A stretch of DNA of 63,465 nucleotides, counting the filler, from Chiloscyllium plagiosum (Eukaryota), in NCBI RefSeq assembly GCF_004010195.1. It is 3 parts of one record of this genome, joined end to end, with 100 filler letters (N's around TTAATTAATTAA, not from the genome) between each part and the next. Parts side by side here need not be neighbours in the genome. Positions count along the whole stretch, not along the records: positions 1 to 28,637 come from NC_057712.1; 2 more parts are not named here. One strand, 5' to 3'. How positions within the stretch are numbered: position 1 is the stretch's first letter; every line of letters begins with the position of its first letter. The notes below the pieces were generated by a model. The model did no database searches, was not told the DNA's origin, and was given only the letters and a program-made list of their open reading frames with translations. The position numbers and the translations under genes were made by a program. Positions 1 to 13,546 of the stretch are shown here, piece by piece.

Positions 1-258
1 CCTAGCTTATCTCTCCACGTTTCAGGCTCACTGCCTTTATTCCTGAAGGGCTTTTGCCCGAAACGTCGATTTCGCTGCTTGTTGGATGCTGCCTGAACTG
101 CTGTGCTCTTCCAGCACCACTGATCCAGCCCCTAGCTTATCTCTCCACGTTTCAGGCTCACTGCCTTTATTCCTGAAGGGCTTTTGCCCGAAACGTCGAT
201 TTCGCTGCTTGTTGGATGCTGCCTGAACTGCTGTGCTCTTCCAGCACCACTGATCCAG
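1..258 (+). repeat. Two identical tandem copies (period 130 nt) of a Penelope-like element 3' terminus with a damaged hammerhead core
   Basis: 1-128 equals 131-258. Each copy contains TTCCTGAAGGGCTTTTGCCCGAAACGTCGA, the same family motif as 59272-59302 and 38692-38725, but with 3 nt missing from CTGANGA. Confidence 0.8.
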
Positions 259-1472
259 AAATAAGCAAATGTCAAGTGTACAGGAAAGTGCAGCTTACCT
301 CATTAAAAGAGGCAAAGTTTTGAAACAGATTATTGCATTTCGATGTCACTACAATGAACAGACTCAATAGAACTAAAGCAGTTGTAATTGCAATCCTTCA
401 CCAGTGTTGGCTATTTACTGCTATTTTCTTCACATTACGGAAAGACTCAACATTCATAACTGAATTTTACAGGACCTTTGCAAAATTGAAAAAGTTTTCA
501 ACCCATCTTATAAGAATTGCTGCTCAATTGATCATATGGACATGACCGCAACAACATTTCCCGTCTGTGAAAACTCAATTAAGGCTCCATGCTTTTGAAC
601 TGATGCACTGATCAATACAAAACAGATGCACTAAGTAATGGATTGGAAGGAAAGTGTTGATGCTTTTCATTGTTTTCTCTGTTACAACATTGACAGTTTA
701 TACAGCAGTTAACCAGCTAATGCAGCCCTGAAGATGCTCATACAACATACAGAATATGGAATTCCATAACTATCAACCACTGTATTTGCATAAAGATCTT
801 CACATGAAGTTAAACACCAGCATTGAAACGTTATCTAAAAAACCTAAGTTCAAACTTCACGAGAACAATTGCTTACAATTCTGCTTAGTTGCTATTTTTT
901 CCACCGTAATGATTTTACTGTTAGAGTGACTCGTGGACAACTTTACAAATTAAAGTACAAACGGATACCACCATATAACAGAAGGGCCTTTGGTTTTTAT
1001 TGTCAGGAACAGATCAATGCACAGGCCTACGAGGTAAGCACAGAGGGGCAGCTTGGCCTTTGGTGAATTACAGCATAATGCATAACCACTAAATTAAAAT
1101 ATTATCATATTAACATAATACTGTATTCATACAATTCCAAGGTCTGTCATAGGAGCATTATAAAATGAGACTATATTAGCTTCTTTAAACCCCATAGGTC
1201 TGATAATGCTTCTCATCATCTAATATCTCTAACTAGCTGAGCATCAAAGTTTGTTTGGCAACTTTCCTATTTTAAGTTAACTTCCTGTTTTAGAATGTCA
1301 TAAATGCAATCAAAATGCAAGTTAAAATCCTTTATTCTTCATGAGTCTACGTTTTTCTTAAACACATCTGTGCTGTTCCTTCCCTTGCTCCTTGTGATAT
1401 TGAATTCCACATTCTAATTATTCTCTCGGTATCTTTCTTTCCTGAATTCCCCTTGGATTCTTCAGCGACACG

Positions 1473-1498
1473 TATATATATATATATATATATATATA
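1473..1498. repeat. (TA)n microsatellite
   Basis: About 13 TA units, seen directly. Confidence 0.95.
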
Positions 1499-1594
1499 CA
1501 GCTGCTAATTCTTGTCCGCTGCAAGTGGAAGCAACTCTTCAAGAACCTTAAATCTTTACGTAATGTGACAGATCTGCCAGATTACTCATAACAG

Positions 1595-1725
1595 TTCTGA
1601 TGAAGAGTTAGCAGAATCAAAACATTAACTCTGCTTTCTCCCTACAGATGCTGCCAGACCTGCTGAGTTCCAGCAGCAATTTCTGTTTTCTTTCAGATTT
1701 TCAACATTTGCAATTCTTTGTTTTA
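1595..1725 (+). mobile_element. Short old PLE-derived terminal repeat
   Basis: CTGATGAAGAG...AAAACATTAAC followed by GATGCTGCCAGACCTGCTGAG. This motif is shared with other PLE ends here; related pieces lie at ~35005-35150 and ~44000-44165. Confidence 0.55.
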
Positions 1726-3352
1726 TGTTAATTTGCCAGACCACTCAACAGTCTTCTGTTTTCTTGAAAAAAAAAGACTCAACCTCTCAGTGTCTCCTGA
1801 TAGGTAAGCCCACAGTCCCACTCAAATGCCTCTCTCCTTTTTATAAAGTAGGAACTAGACTGTTCAAAGTCCTCAAATGTTATCTAATCAAGGTTCAATG
1901 CAAGTTTAAAATGAATTCCCTGCTTGTTCTACTCCTCTGGAAATGTAATTCTTATGCAATGTTTGCTTTCTTAATGCCTGAATTCAATATCACAAGGAGC
2001 AAGGGAAGGAACAGCACAGATGTGTTTAAGAGAAACTTAGACTCATGAAGAATAAAGGATTTTAACTTGCATTTTGATTGCATTTTATGACATTCTAAAA
2101 CAAGAAGTTTAACTTAAAATAATGCCTTAATGCACTTCTAGTGAATTCTATATTTTGTTATAATCTCAGTTGATGGTAATACAGGATTAGTCAGATTCCT
2201 GAGTGAATGGAGTTAGATGGTCCAAATATTTATACTTCCTTGTTCAGTTAGGATAAGTTGCTTTCCAGAAAATTTCTGCATTCACTCGATGCTATTTCCT
2301 CAGTCCATGCGTCTGTCCGAAACCATTAATACAGCTCACTTTCTTGTCCATCGGCTCCTTCAGCATCACTTCCACAGCCTTCTGTTTCTCAAGCTCTTCT
2401 CTTACTAACATTTAAATCACTCTGGACTTGTTTTCTGCTACCCTGACTCTCTGGGAACTGCAAAATAGCATGAGGTAATCCCTGCCTTTTCTCTCAGAGA
2501 AACTTGCAGACTACCATGACAAGAAACCTGCCAATTCATTGCTCATCCAGAGGATTCTGTCTGTCTAAAGAACAAGTTTCAGTCTCTGCCCTCCTGAGTC
2601 ATAGATACCTTGTTGCTATTCAACAGCCCATTTTCTTTTCTTCTATTCTTGTTGCTAAGCAGAGAACTAATCACAGCAAGGGTTTTGAACAGGTTCATTT
2701 AGATGTGTGTGAACAAAATGTCATGCAGCCAGCACAACACACAGACATCAAAAGTGAATCCAAAATTACATCCTAACCTTCTTAATCCCCATAATATTCA
2801 AGTCAAACTTAAAAGTTATATGCAGTCTGTTGACTTTAGAATCCAAATTTCATAATCATAATACAGGAAGCCCCCAGGTTACAAACGAGTTCCATTTTTT
2901 CCGCTGTTTGTAAGCCGAATTTGTGTGTAAGTCAGAGCGTATGTGGGCTGGTTAGTCTGCCTCTTCATTAGGACGAAGCATTGAACATAACACGGACTTT
3001 TAAAAATAATTTTTAAAAATGAGAAGCCAGAGGTCAATGCGTAGGTGTGGGACATTTGTAATCCTGGGACTTCCTGTATCATGAACTTTCATCACAATCT
3101 GCAGGCTGACCCATCACTCTGCTCCTCTCCCAGAGTTTGGCACTTAGCCCTGAAGCTTCCCTTCTGCCTGAAGCACACCATGACATGGCAAAACCATTGT
3201 AAAGCTATAACTGCTCCATTAACACAATTCTCTTATTGTGGTGGAGAGCAGCTAACGATTGTTGAGCAATAAGAAAAGAATGTCAGAGATGCGAGCAATT
3301 ATGTTTTCATTGTTATCAGCTGTCCTGATGGCAAGTTGTTTGTGTGGGCTTG

Positions 3353-4690
3353 TGACATAGAGATGTACAGCACGGAAACAGAACCTTCTGTTCAAACCTG
3401 TCCATGCCGAGCAGATAACCTAACCTAGTCCCATTTGCCAGCATTTGGCCCATATCCCTCCAAACCCTGCCTATTCACTTACCCATCCAGATGCCTTTTA
3501 AATGTGCAATTGTACGAGCCTCCACCACTTTCTCAGGCAGCTCATTCCATACCACTCTCTGTGTGAAAACGTTGCCCCTCACGTCCCTTTTATATCTTTC
3601 TGCTCTCACCCTAAACCTATGCCCTCTAGTTCTGGACTCCCCCACCTCAGGGAAAGACCTTCCTATCCATGCCTCTCATGATTTTATAAACCTTTATAAG
3701 GTCACCCCTCAGCGTCCGACTAGGATGGGAGAACAACCCCAGCCTATTCAGTCTTCCCCCATAGCACAAATCCTCCAACCCTGGCATCACCCTTGTAAAT
3801 CTTTTCTGAACCCTTCCAATTTTTACAACTTCCTCCCTGTAGGATGGAGACCAGAACTGCACACAATTCCAAAAGTGGCCTAACCAATGTCCTGTATAGC
3901 CACAACATGACTGCCCAACCCCTATATTCAATGCCCTGACCAATAAAGGAAAGCATACCAAATGCCTTCTTCACTATCCTATCTACCTGTGGCTCTATTT
4001 TCAGGAACCATGAACCTGCACTCCTGGTCTCTTTGTTCAGAAGCACTCTCCAGACTTTACCATTAAGTGTATATGTACTGCACTGATTTGCCTTTCCAAC
4101 CTTCAGCACCTTGCATTTATCTAAATTAAACTCCATCTGCCACTCCTCAGCCCATTGGCCCATCTGGTCAAGATCCTGTTGTAATCTGAGGTAACCCTCT
4201 TTGCTGTCCACTACACCTCCAATTTTGGTGTCATCTGTAAACTTACTAACCATATTTCCTGCGTTCACACCCAAATCATTCATATAAATGATGAAAAGTA
4301 GTGGAACCAGCACTGATCCTTGTGGCACTCCATTGGTCACAGGCCTCCAGTCTGAAAAGCAACCTGCCACCACCACCCTCTGTCTTCTATGTGCAAGCCA
4401 GTTCTGTTTCCAAATGACTAGTTCTCCCTGTATTCCATGAGATCTAACCTTGCTAACCAGTCTCCCATGGGGAACCTTGTCAACCATCTTACTGGAATCC
4501 ATATAGATCATGTCTACTGCTCTGCCCTCATCAATCCTCTTTGTTACTTCTTCAAAAAACTCAATCAAGCTTGTGAGACATGATTTTCCACGCACAAAGC
4601 CATGCTGTTTATCCCTAATCAATCCTTGCCTTTCCAAATACACGTACATCCTGTCCCTTAGGATTCCCTTCAACAACTTGCCCAGCACCG
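3353..4690 (-). mobile_element. 5'-truncated CR1 (HER1-type) LINE, RT and 3' end
   Basis: ORF 3744-4688 has QHGFVRGKSCLT, GVPQGSVL and KFTDDTKIGG. The C-terminal CVQFWSP/RGDLI is in a shifted frame. The 3' tail resembles the HE1 tail. Confidence 0.95.
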
Positions 4691-4739
4691 ACTATCTCAC
4701 ATACATTTTAAAATGTGAGCTTTATTCATTTTATCTTTC

Positions 4740-5700
4740 CTATCATAGCCTGAATCTAAAATTATGCTTAATTCAATACCACCAACAATCACTGGAACTT
4801 TCCATGGTTGCTCTCACTGACCGAAAACATGCAACCATGTCTGCTATTCATCTTATTTTCTGCATCTTCAACTCATCTCACATTTAGCGACTTGCACCTT
4901 TCTTTATGTGGTTTGCCAGATTTCCCTCTTTTCCGCTTTATTTCTGTACTTCTTAGCAAAATGATCTTTGCCCTCATCTTCTAGAGAGATCTTTCCCTTA
5001 GCAGACATCTCTTTCGAAGTGCTGCAAGTTGCTATATTTGAGACATGTGCTGTTTATATTTATATATCCCCGAGAATCCATTGTACTGCTCGGTTGACCT
5101 TACCCTTTACATTGTTGATGGTAGAGATGCAACAAAATTTCTTGATGTAAAATTGCCTCTTCGCTTCCCACATAGCTGATATTTTCACAGTATTGTTCAA
5201 TGTTAAGTCACCCCATTACCAGCAACTTACAATTGTAATGTTGGACCATTCGATTGATTATCTGGTTGTTCAGATTCTTAGCAATTTAATTGCATCCATC
5301 CAATCAATGCACGCCTCAAATGACTCTCAGTTTGAGCTACTGTTTCCTCCTCTTTACAGTTTCATTTGCTGTCACGACATAAAGGCCCTTTACTGCTTTC
5401 ATTGCATATTTTTCATCCACCTTTCGTTCCGTGTCAGGCAATTTCTTGAAAGTCTCCCTCAACAAAGTTGAATAATGTGAAGGATTGTCATTATGCTTTC
5501 CCCGCTACTGTTGGCCCCACGTGAAAATAAACTGCAGCTATTAACATGCATTTCAAACTTCTCCAGCCACACTTCCTATTCCATGCTGGCTTCACCTGTT
5601 GAACAAATGGTTTAATTTCCGAGTCTGCAGATATATCAGCACCAATAAATGATTTAATATCTTTACATTTGCCCTCTTTGCCAATCTTACAGCTCAGGTT
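4740..5700 (-). mobile_element. Heavily decayed Gypsy-like gag-protease remnant
   Basis: The minus strand at ~4740-4805 reads GKVPVIVGGIELSIILDSG (aspartic protease D-S-G motif). Upstream sequence is only weakly gag-like. Confidence 0.4.
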
Positions 5701-5869
5701 CAAGCAACAATAGTCATTGCCATGGATTCATCTTTAATTGAGATTTAACAAAGCTTTAATGGAGGTTTCTTCCTGCTGCTACATGTACCGCCATGCAGAC
5801 GCTGAATAGGTGATGCCTCATGATGTATGGAGCATTCCTTTCAGTTCCTCCTGGCAATTGGAGCAAGAG

Positions 5870-8800
5870 AAGTGACAGCAAGGACCAGAGGCCTGACGGG
5901 AAGGTACATTTAAAATAGATAAAAGCTTACCTCGTGTATAGGCGGAGCGCAAACTGTGCAGGAGCGGACACAGCACTGCTGGGTAAGTGAAGCTTTATAT
6001 TTGGGTGGTTGCTTTACCCTCAACACTACTCGGGTAGTGTCTCCCACCCGTCCTCCTCCTCTAACCAAACAAAAAGGTTCTGTGCACCGGATTGGTTAAA
6101 TGACTAGTTTCTTTATCTTTTTTGAGGTTTTTTGGAATTTTGTTGGGAATTTAGAATGGTGGGAATGGAGGTTAGAGCAGCTGAATGTTCCTCCTGCAGA
6201 ATGTGGGAGGTAAGTGTCACCACTAGTGTCCCTGCTGACTGCATCTGCAGGAAGTGCAGCTTCAACTCAGCTCATCGAAAACTGCATTAGGGAGCTGGAG
6301 CTGGGTGAGCTTTGGATCATGCTGGAGGCAGCGGGGGTTATTGAGAGGAATTAAACCTCAGCTACAAGAAAAGGGTAGATGGGTTATCGTCAAGGAACAG
6401 AAAGGAAACTGGCAGGTAGTGCAGGGATCCCCTGTGGCCATTCCCCTCAACAACATGTATACCGTTTTGGATACTGGTTTGGGGGGGGGGGGGAGAGGTG
6501 TCTTGCCAGGGGTAAGCAATGGGGTACAGAATTTGTCCCTGTTGCTCAGAGGGGAAGGGGGAAGAGGAGCAGAGCATTAGTTATTGGTGACTCTACAGTT
6601 AAGGGGACAGATAGGAGGTCCTGTGTTGCCTCCCAGGTGCAAGGATTCGTGATGTCTCAAATCATTTTACGGGATACTTGAGGAAGAGGGGGACTAGCCC
6701 CAAGTTGTGGTCCACATAGGCACTGATGACATAGGTAGGAAGGGAGAGATGGGGATTTAAGGCAGAAATTCAGGGAGCCAGGGTGGAAGCTTAGAGCTAG
6801 AACAAAAACAGTTGTTATCTCTGGTTTGTTGCCCGTGCCATGTGCTAGTGAGGCGAGGAATAGGGAGAGAGAGGAGTTGATGGTGCAGAGGGAGTGTTTT
6901 GGATTCCTGGATAATTGGGGCTTTTCTGTGATAGGTGGGACCTCTACAAGCAGGGTGGTCTTCACCTGAACCAGAGGGGTACCAATATCCTGGGGGATGA
7001 AGGGGGTGGAATTTGATAGGTTTAAACTAATGCAGCAAGGGGATAGGAACCTAAATTGTAGTTCGAGTATACAGGAGGTTGAGAGTAGTGAGGTCAGAAA
7101 TATGGTTTCAAGGTCGCAAGAAGGCACCGGCAGGCAAGAAGATGGTTTGAAGTGTGTCTGCTTCAATGCCAGTAGCATCCGGAATAAGGTGGGTGAACTT
7201 GCAGCATGAGTTGGTACCTGGGATTTTGATGTTGTGGTCATTTTGGAGACATGGGTAGAGCAGGGGCAGGAATTGTTGTTGCACCTTCTGGGGTTTAGAT
7301 GTTTCAGTAAGAACAGGGAAGGTGGTAAAAGAGGGGAAAGATGTGGCATTGTTCGTCAAGGACAATATTCCGGCTGCAGAAAGGATGTTTGAGGACTTAT
7401 CTACTGAGGTAGTATGGGCTAAGGTTAGAAACAGGAAAGGAGAGGTTACTCTGTTGGGAGTTATCTATAGACCTCTGAATAGTTCCAGAAATGTAGAGGA
7501 TAGGATAGTAAAGATGATCCTCGACAGGAGCGAGAGTGACAGGGTAGTTGTTACGAGGGGTCTTTAACTTTCCAAATATTGACTGGGAATACTATAGTTC
7601 AAGTACTTTAGATGAGTCAGTTTCTGTCCAATTTGTGAAGGAGGATTTTTTTGGCATAGTATGTAGACAGACCACCAAGAGGCGAGGCCACAGTAGGTTT
7701 GGTACTGAGGAATGAACCAGGCCAGGTGTTAGATTTGGTCATCACAATTTGGTTATGTTTACTTTACTGACGGAAAGGGATAGATATATACCACAGGGCA
7801 AGCGTTATAGCTGGGGGAAAGACCATTACGATGCAATCAGGCTTGATTTAGGATGCATAGGATGGGGAAGGAAACTGCAGGGGCTGGGCACAATTGAAAT
7901 GTGGAGCTTATTCAAGGAACAGCTATTGTGGATCCTTGATAAGTATGTACCGGTCAGGCAGGGAGGAAGTTGTCGAGCGAGGGAGCCATGGTTTATTAAG
8001 AAAGTCGAATCTCTTGTCAAGAGCAAGAATAAGACTTATGTTAGGATGAGATGTGATGGCTCAGTTAGGGTGCTTGAGAGTTACAAGTCAGCCAGAAAGG
8101 ACCTCAAGAGAGAGCTAAGAAAAGCCAGGACGGGACATGCGAAGTCGTTGGCGGATAGGATCAAGGAAAACCCTAAGGCTTTCTATAGGTGATTAGGAAT
8201 AAAAGAATGACCTGAGTAAGATTAGGGCCGTTCAAGGATAGTAATGGGAAGTTGTACGTGGAGTTAGGGAGATAGGGGAAATGCTAAATGAATACTTTTC
8301 GTCAGTATTCACACTAGAAAAAGACAATGTTGTCGAGGAGAATGCTGAGATACAGACTCTAGACTAGATGGGATTGAAGTTCACAAGGAGGACGTGCTAG
8401 CAATTCTGAAAAGTGTAAAAAATAGATGGGTCTCTGGGACTGAATGGGATGGACCATTTATCCTAGGATTCTCTGGGAAGACAGGGAGGGTATTTCTGAA
8501 CCTTTGGCTTTGATCTTTATGTCATCAGTGTCTACAGGAATAGTGCCAGAAAACTGGAGGATAAAAAATGTTAATCTCTTGTTCAAGAAGAGGAGTAGAG
8601 ACAACTCTGGTAATTATAGACCACTGAGCCTTACTTCGGTTGTGGGTAAAATGTTGGAAAGGGTTATAAGAGATAGGATTTATAATCATCTGGAAAGGAA
8701 CAAGTTGATTAGGGATAATCAACATGGTTTTTTAAAGGGTAAGTTATGCCTCACAAACCTTATTGAGCTTTTTGAGAAGGTGACCAAACAATTGGATGAG

Positions 8801-9390
8801 GGTAAAACAGTTGATGTGGTGTATAAGGATTTCAGTAAGGTGCCTGATAAGGTTCCCCACAGTAGGCTATTGCACAAAATATGGAGGCATGGGATTGAGG
8901 GTGATTTAGCGGTTTGGATCAGAAATTGGCTAGCAGAAAGAAGACAGAGGGTGATGGTCGATGGGAAATATTCATCCTGGAGTTCAGTTATGAGCGGTGT
9001 ACTGCAAGGGTCTCTTTTAGGTCCACTACTGTGTGTCATTTTTATAAATGACCTGGACGAGGGCATAGAAGGATGGGTTAGTAAATTTGCTGATGACACC
9101 AAGGTCGGTAGAGTTGTGGATAGTACTGAAGGATGTTGTAGGTTTCAGAGAGACATAGATAAGCTGCAGAGCTGGGCTGAGAGGTGGCAAATGGATTTTA
9201 ATGCAGAAAAGTGTGAGGTAATTCACTTTGGAAGGAGTAACAGGAATGCAGAGTACTAGGCTAATGGTAAGATTTTTGGTAGTGTAGATGAGCAGAGAGA
9301 CTTCGGTGTCCACATACATAGATCCTTGAAAGTTGCCACCCAAGTTGATAAGGTTGTTAAGAAGGTATAGGGTGTGTTAGCATTTATTGG
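5870..9390 (+). mobile_element. CR1 LINE, 5'-intact and 3'-truncated: ORF1 (Zn finger + SGNH esterase) and ORF2 (APE endonuclease + RT), frameshifted
   Basis: From 6165 it reads MEVRAAECSSCRMWEV...DCICRKC, then ALVIGDS and GLHLN esterase motifs. CFNASSIRNK, IYRP and RT FADDTK follow in ORF 8444-9259. Confidence 0.93.
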
Positions 9391-9872
9391 TACAAGGAGA
9401 AAAATAGCCACCAGGATACATGACCATCAACTAGCTACAAAAAGACATGACCCACTATTACTACTATCCTTACATACAGATAAGGAAGGGCACTACTTTG
9501 ACTGGGACAACACATCCAACTTTGGACATACCAAACAGAGACACGCACAAGAATTCCTGGAAGCATGGCATTCCAACCAGAACTCTATCAACAAACACAT
9601 CAATTTGGATCCTATCTATCACCCACTGAGAAAAAGAACAGTAAATGACATCACCAACACAGGAAATAGCATCACCACAGGGAATGACATCACCAGCCCA
9701 AGGGAACTTCAACACATAAATAGACAGCTGGCCATAACATCAGTATTTCACCGGAAGCTCACTGATGATGTTACTTAGCATGGTGATGAAATGTCTGAAA
9801 ATGAACCGTCCAGCTCAGCAAGCAAACTTACATCCAGAACCTCAATCTGAGCTACAAATTTTCTCCAAACCC
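9391..9872 (+). mobile_element. Penelope-like element 3' end (GIY-YIG C-terminus plus terminal repeat with decayed hammerhead)
   Basis: RKIATRIHDHQLATKRHD...HYFDWDN...EFLEAWHS...SINKH. CTGATGA-TGTTAC...GTGAT-GAAATGTC lies at ~9762-9795. Confidence 0.9.
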
Positions 9873-10846
9873 ACTATCAGAGGAGTATTACATGACAAAA
9901 ATCCTTCACGTGTCAAGTAGCAGCACAGTAATAAAGACACAGCTGCAAATCTACAAAATGTAGAAGCTGAGGCAAAGCTGACATCAAGCAATTTGTAAAT
10001 CCAAGCCAAAGATGCTGATGGTAGACACAGGAGAAACCATTGATTCCAGAAAGGATAATAACAGTCTCTATTTCTGCTGCAGTAATTCAAGTTCCTGAAG
10101 CAACAAGGAGACCACGTCTTGAGAACAGACCTCCAAATCAATGTAATACACAGCAACTTCGATTATCCAAACGACACAGGTGGGAGTATTTTGTTTGGAC
10201 AATTGAATGTTCGGAGTAAGACAGTTTACCCATGCATCGGGACCTTGAGATCTTATTCAGACAATCCGCCATTTGGATAATTGTAATCATGAGACCTACT
10301 GACAAAATACAAAGGTGGAAGTCAGTTTGGAACAATGTTTAATACTGTGTAATCCAAAGTCATGATGCAGTATATCTTGACACAAAGCATGTGCCTAGAT
10401 GTGAAGTCTGATGTATTGTGAATATGTTCTGAACAAAATGGTGCACAATGCATGTTGCTCTTCAGATGAAGGAAGAAAGCAAGCAAAAGGCTGAAGAGAA
10501 AACTATAATGGGTTTGGATGCACTGAACTTAACCGACCTTGGAATTGATGTTTAAATAATTACAAATTCCAAAGCATTGCTACATTGCTCATTAAACACA
10601 GAAAAATATTTATTTTAAAATGACTTCCTCTCCTGTGACAATGCCACATCTTTTTAGTTTTCTTTATTTTGAATTAAAATCAGAAAGGGACTGCAGAAAG
10701 ACTTGCTCCAGAGGGCAGCAGGTTAAAGGGACAGTCCTTTAACCCACCCAACCCAGGTCATCAGGATTTCTTGGGGTGTTGGAAAAATTGTGGAGCCCCA
10801 AGAAACATTTAAAAATTGCCTTACCTGTATTTTCAGCTGTCCAGAA

Positions 10847-11798
10847 ATGCCTAAAAAGGGTGGAGGAGCATCTCAGGCCGGGCCTGCAGCTCAACCTGCA
10901 GCAGCCTCAGAGCACATTACTCTCCAGGACCTGGTAAACCAGCTCTCGAAATCTCGTGAGCTGTTGGGGAAACAGATTGAAGATAAGCTGGCTCCAGTCT
11001 CTCTCACGCTGCAGAAGCATAAGCAGCAGCTGGGAGACCTGGAGAAGAGGACGGATGAGGTGGAGCACAGGGTCACAGTGATGGAAGCTGATGCCAGTTC
11101 ATTCAAGGAAGAGATCCAAGCCCTGAAGACGCAGGTTCGTAATTTGCGTGACCAAGTGGATGATCTTGAAAACAGGGGCAGGAGAAAAAACATTCGGATC
11201 ATCGGTCTGCCTGAGGCTAAGGAAGGTGAGCAGCCTGCAGACTTTGTTGAAGATTGGCTTCCGAAATTCCTTGACTTGGAGACTGGCATGAGAGGACCAA
11301 AGATAAAGAGGGCTCACCGGGTCGCAGCATGGAGGTTGGGTCTGGGTCAACGCCCTCATCCTTTCCTGGTGCGGTTCCATTATTACCGGGATAAAGAGAG
11401 AGTCATGGAGGTTTCCAGACTCCAGGGAAGGATCCGAAGGCCCTAATTTACGAGGGGTCTAAGATCATGTTTTTCAGGACTTTTCACCGGCGGTGATCCA
11501 GAAACGAAAATCGTATGATGGTGTCAAGAGAAGGTTGAAGGAGCTTGGGATTCAGTACTCCCTGAGGTATCCGGCAGTGCTTCGGATCACCTTAGATGGA
11601 TCCATACATCTCTTTGACACATCAGAGAAAGCAAGCTCTCGAAATCTCGTGAGCTGTTGGGGAAACAGATTGAAGATAAGCTGGCTCCAGTCTCTCTCAC
11701 GCTGCAGAAGCATAAGCAGCAGCTGGGAGACCTGGAGAAGAGGACGGATGAGGTGGAGCACAGGGTCACAGTGATGACTTGTGGACAAACTAACCTAA
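10847..11798 (+). pseudogene. L1 ORF1p, frameshifted and interrupted by a 143-nt internal copy
   Basis: ATG at 10847; pieces in ORFs 10790-11446 and 11493-11774. Confidence 0.85.
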
Positions 11799-13546
11799 GT
11801 TAAACAATTGTAGTATGTATAAATATCATTGCTTGGGTATGTGTTTATCATTCTGTAAAAGAAATGGAGGAAATCCGGTTGGAGCTTTGTTTTTCCCCTT
11901 TTTTTTACCTCTATTGACAATAATTTGGTTCAAACTATGTCTGGCGGTGGTTAAGATGTACATTTTAAATTTCTAAGTTAGGACATAACATACCAAAGGA
12001 TGAGTGGGGTATTTATTCCCCTTTTTGTTTTATAACAGTATGTTTTTTTATTCATATTGATATTCTCTGGGGTATTTATTCTTTTTAGCTTGTGCTTGTG
12101 ATGCGGCTCTAGCTGGGAGAAGTGAAGGTGGTTGAGATGGTTAGATGCCTATTTATAGGCAGTTTGGGATGGGTAGTTGCCCCCTCTGGGCAGGGGGTAA
12201 GTTTCCCTACTCAGCGGTATTGGCGCTTTATATGTTGGTTTGTTTTCTGGTATTTGTTGTTTTTATTTTTAATAATGTTGTATGTTTGTTAAATGTAGTG
12301 GTTTTAGTTTATGTAGTTTTTGGTGGATCATGCGACACTAAGGCTCAGCAATTTGTGGTTCGGGTTCCTCCTCTCTGGAATTTAAATTTAATTGCAGAAG
12401 ATTATGGATAATGATTTGATTAAATGGTGTACCTGGAATATCAAGGGAAGTCACTCACCAATTAAGAGGAAGGAGGTACTCTTGAGTCTTAGAAAGGAGA
12501 AGATGGATATTGCTTTGTTACAGGAGACACATTTGGATGACAAGGAGCATCTGAAATTACAGCAGAATGGCTTTGACTGAGTTTATTTTTCATCATTTAA
12601 TACCAGAAGTAGGGGAGTGGCTATATTGGTTAGGAAAAATCTCTCATTTAAATTGTTGGAATGTGTTAAAGACACATACGGGAGGTTTGTAATTCTTAAA
12701 GCCTTGATAAATGGGGAAGAATATGGCATTTTAAATGTTTATTGTCCCCCAGCTCATGCTCTTAAATTCTTAGTAGATGCTTTTTCTAAACTGATAAGTC
12801 TCAAGTCTCGGCACATCATTATAGGGGGAGATTTTAACTGCCTCATGGACACCACTGTAGACAGGTTGCCTAAAGGTCCCTCGATACCCTTGGCACAAAC
12901 TAAACAGTTATTGGGTCTGTGTGGGGAATTAGGATTGGTGGACGTCTGGAGGTGTCTCCACCCTACAGGTAGGGATTTCACGTTTTTCTCCAATCTGCAC
13001 AGATGTCACACAAGGATTGATTTTTTTCTGACCCCTGCAGTAACCCTGGATCTGATGGCATCCTGTACGATTGGTAATATTGCCATATTGCCATTTCTGA
13101 TCATGCTCCAGTGTACCTGATGGTTAAGATTAAGGATGTTACAGTGGATTCAAGGTACTGGCGAATGGACCCCTTTATTCTCATGGACAGTAAGTTTGTG
13201 GATTATTTCTCTAGGGAATTTCGGGCATTCCTAGACATCAACATAGGCTCGGTTGATAGCTCATCTGTTCTCTTGGAAACTGCCAAAGCTTATGCCAGAG
13301 GGTTAGTTATTTCATATTCCACAAGTAGGAAGCGGCAGAAGGGTGAGCAGCAACGTCTCCTTGAAGCACGGTTGAAGGCAGCCGAGAAGGCCTATTTTGA
13401 CAGACCCTCATTGGTAAAACTACAGAGGATTACAGCACTGCGGTCTGCACTAAATTCCATGCTCATGCAGACGGCAAAGAAGGAGCTGGCTTTTGCAAAG
13501 CAAAGGTTATACGAGCATGGTGACAAGCCAGGCAAATACTTAGCAT

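Noticed and set aside
1..258. CRISPR-like or prokaryotic repeat system
   Set aside because: Only two long copies with no spacers or cas genes, in a vertebrate retroelement context.
2862..2940. Tigger/pogo-like terminal inverted repeat (TA-CAGGAAGCCCCCAGGTTAC)
   Set aside because: No matching opposite end was found, so it cannot be supported.
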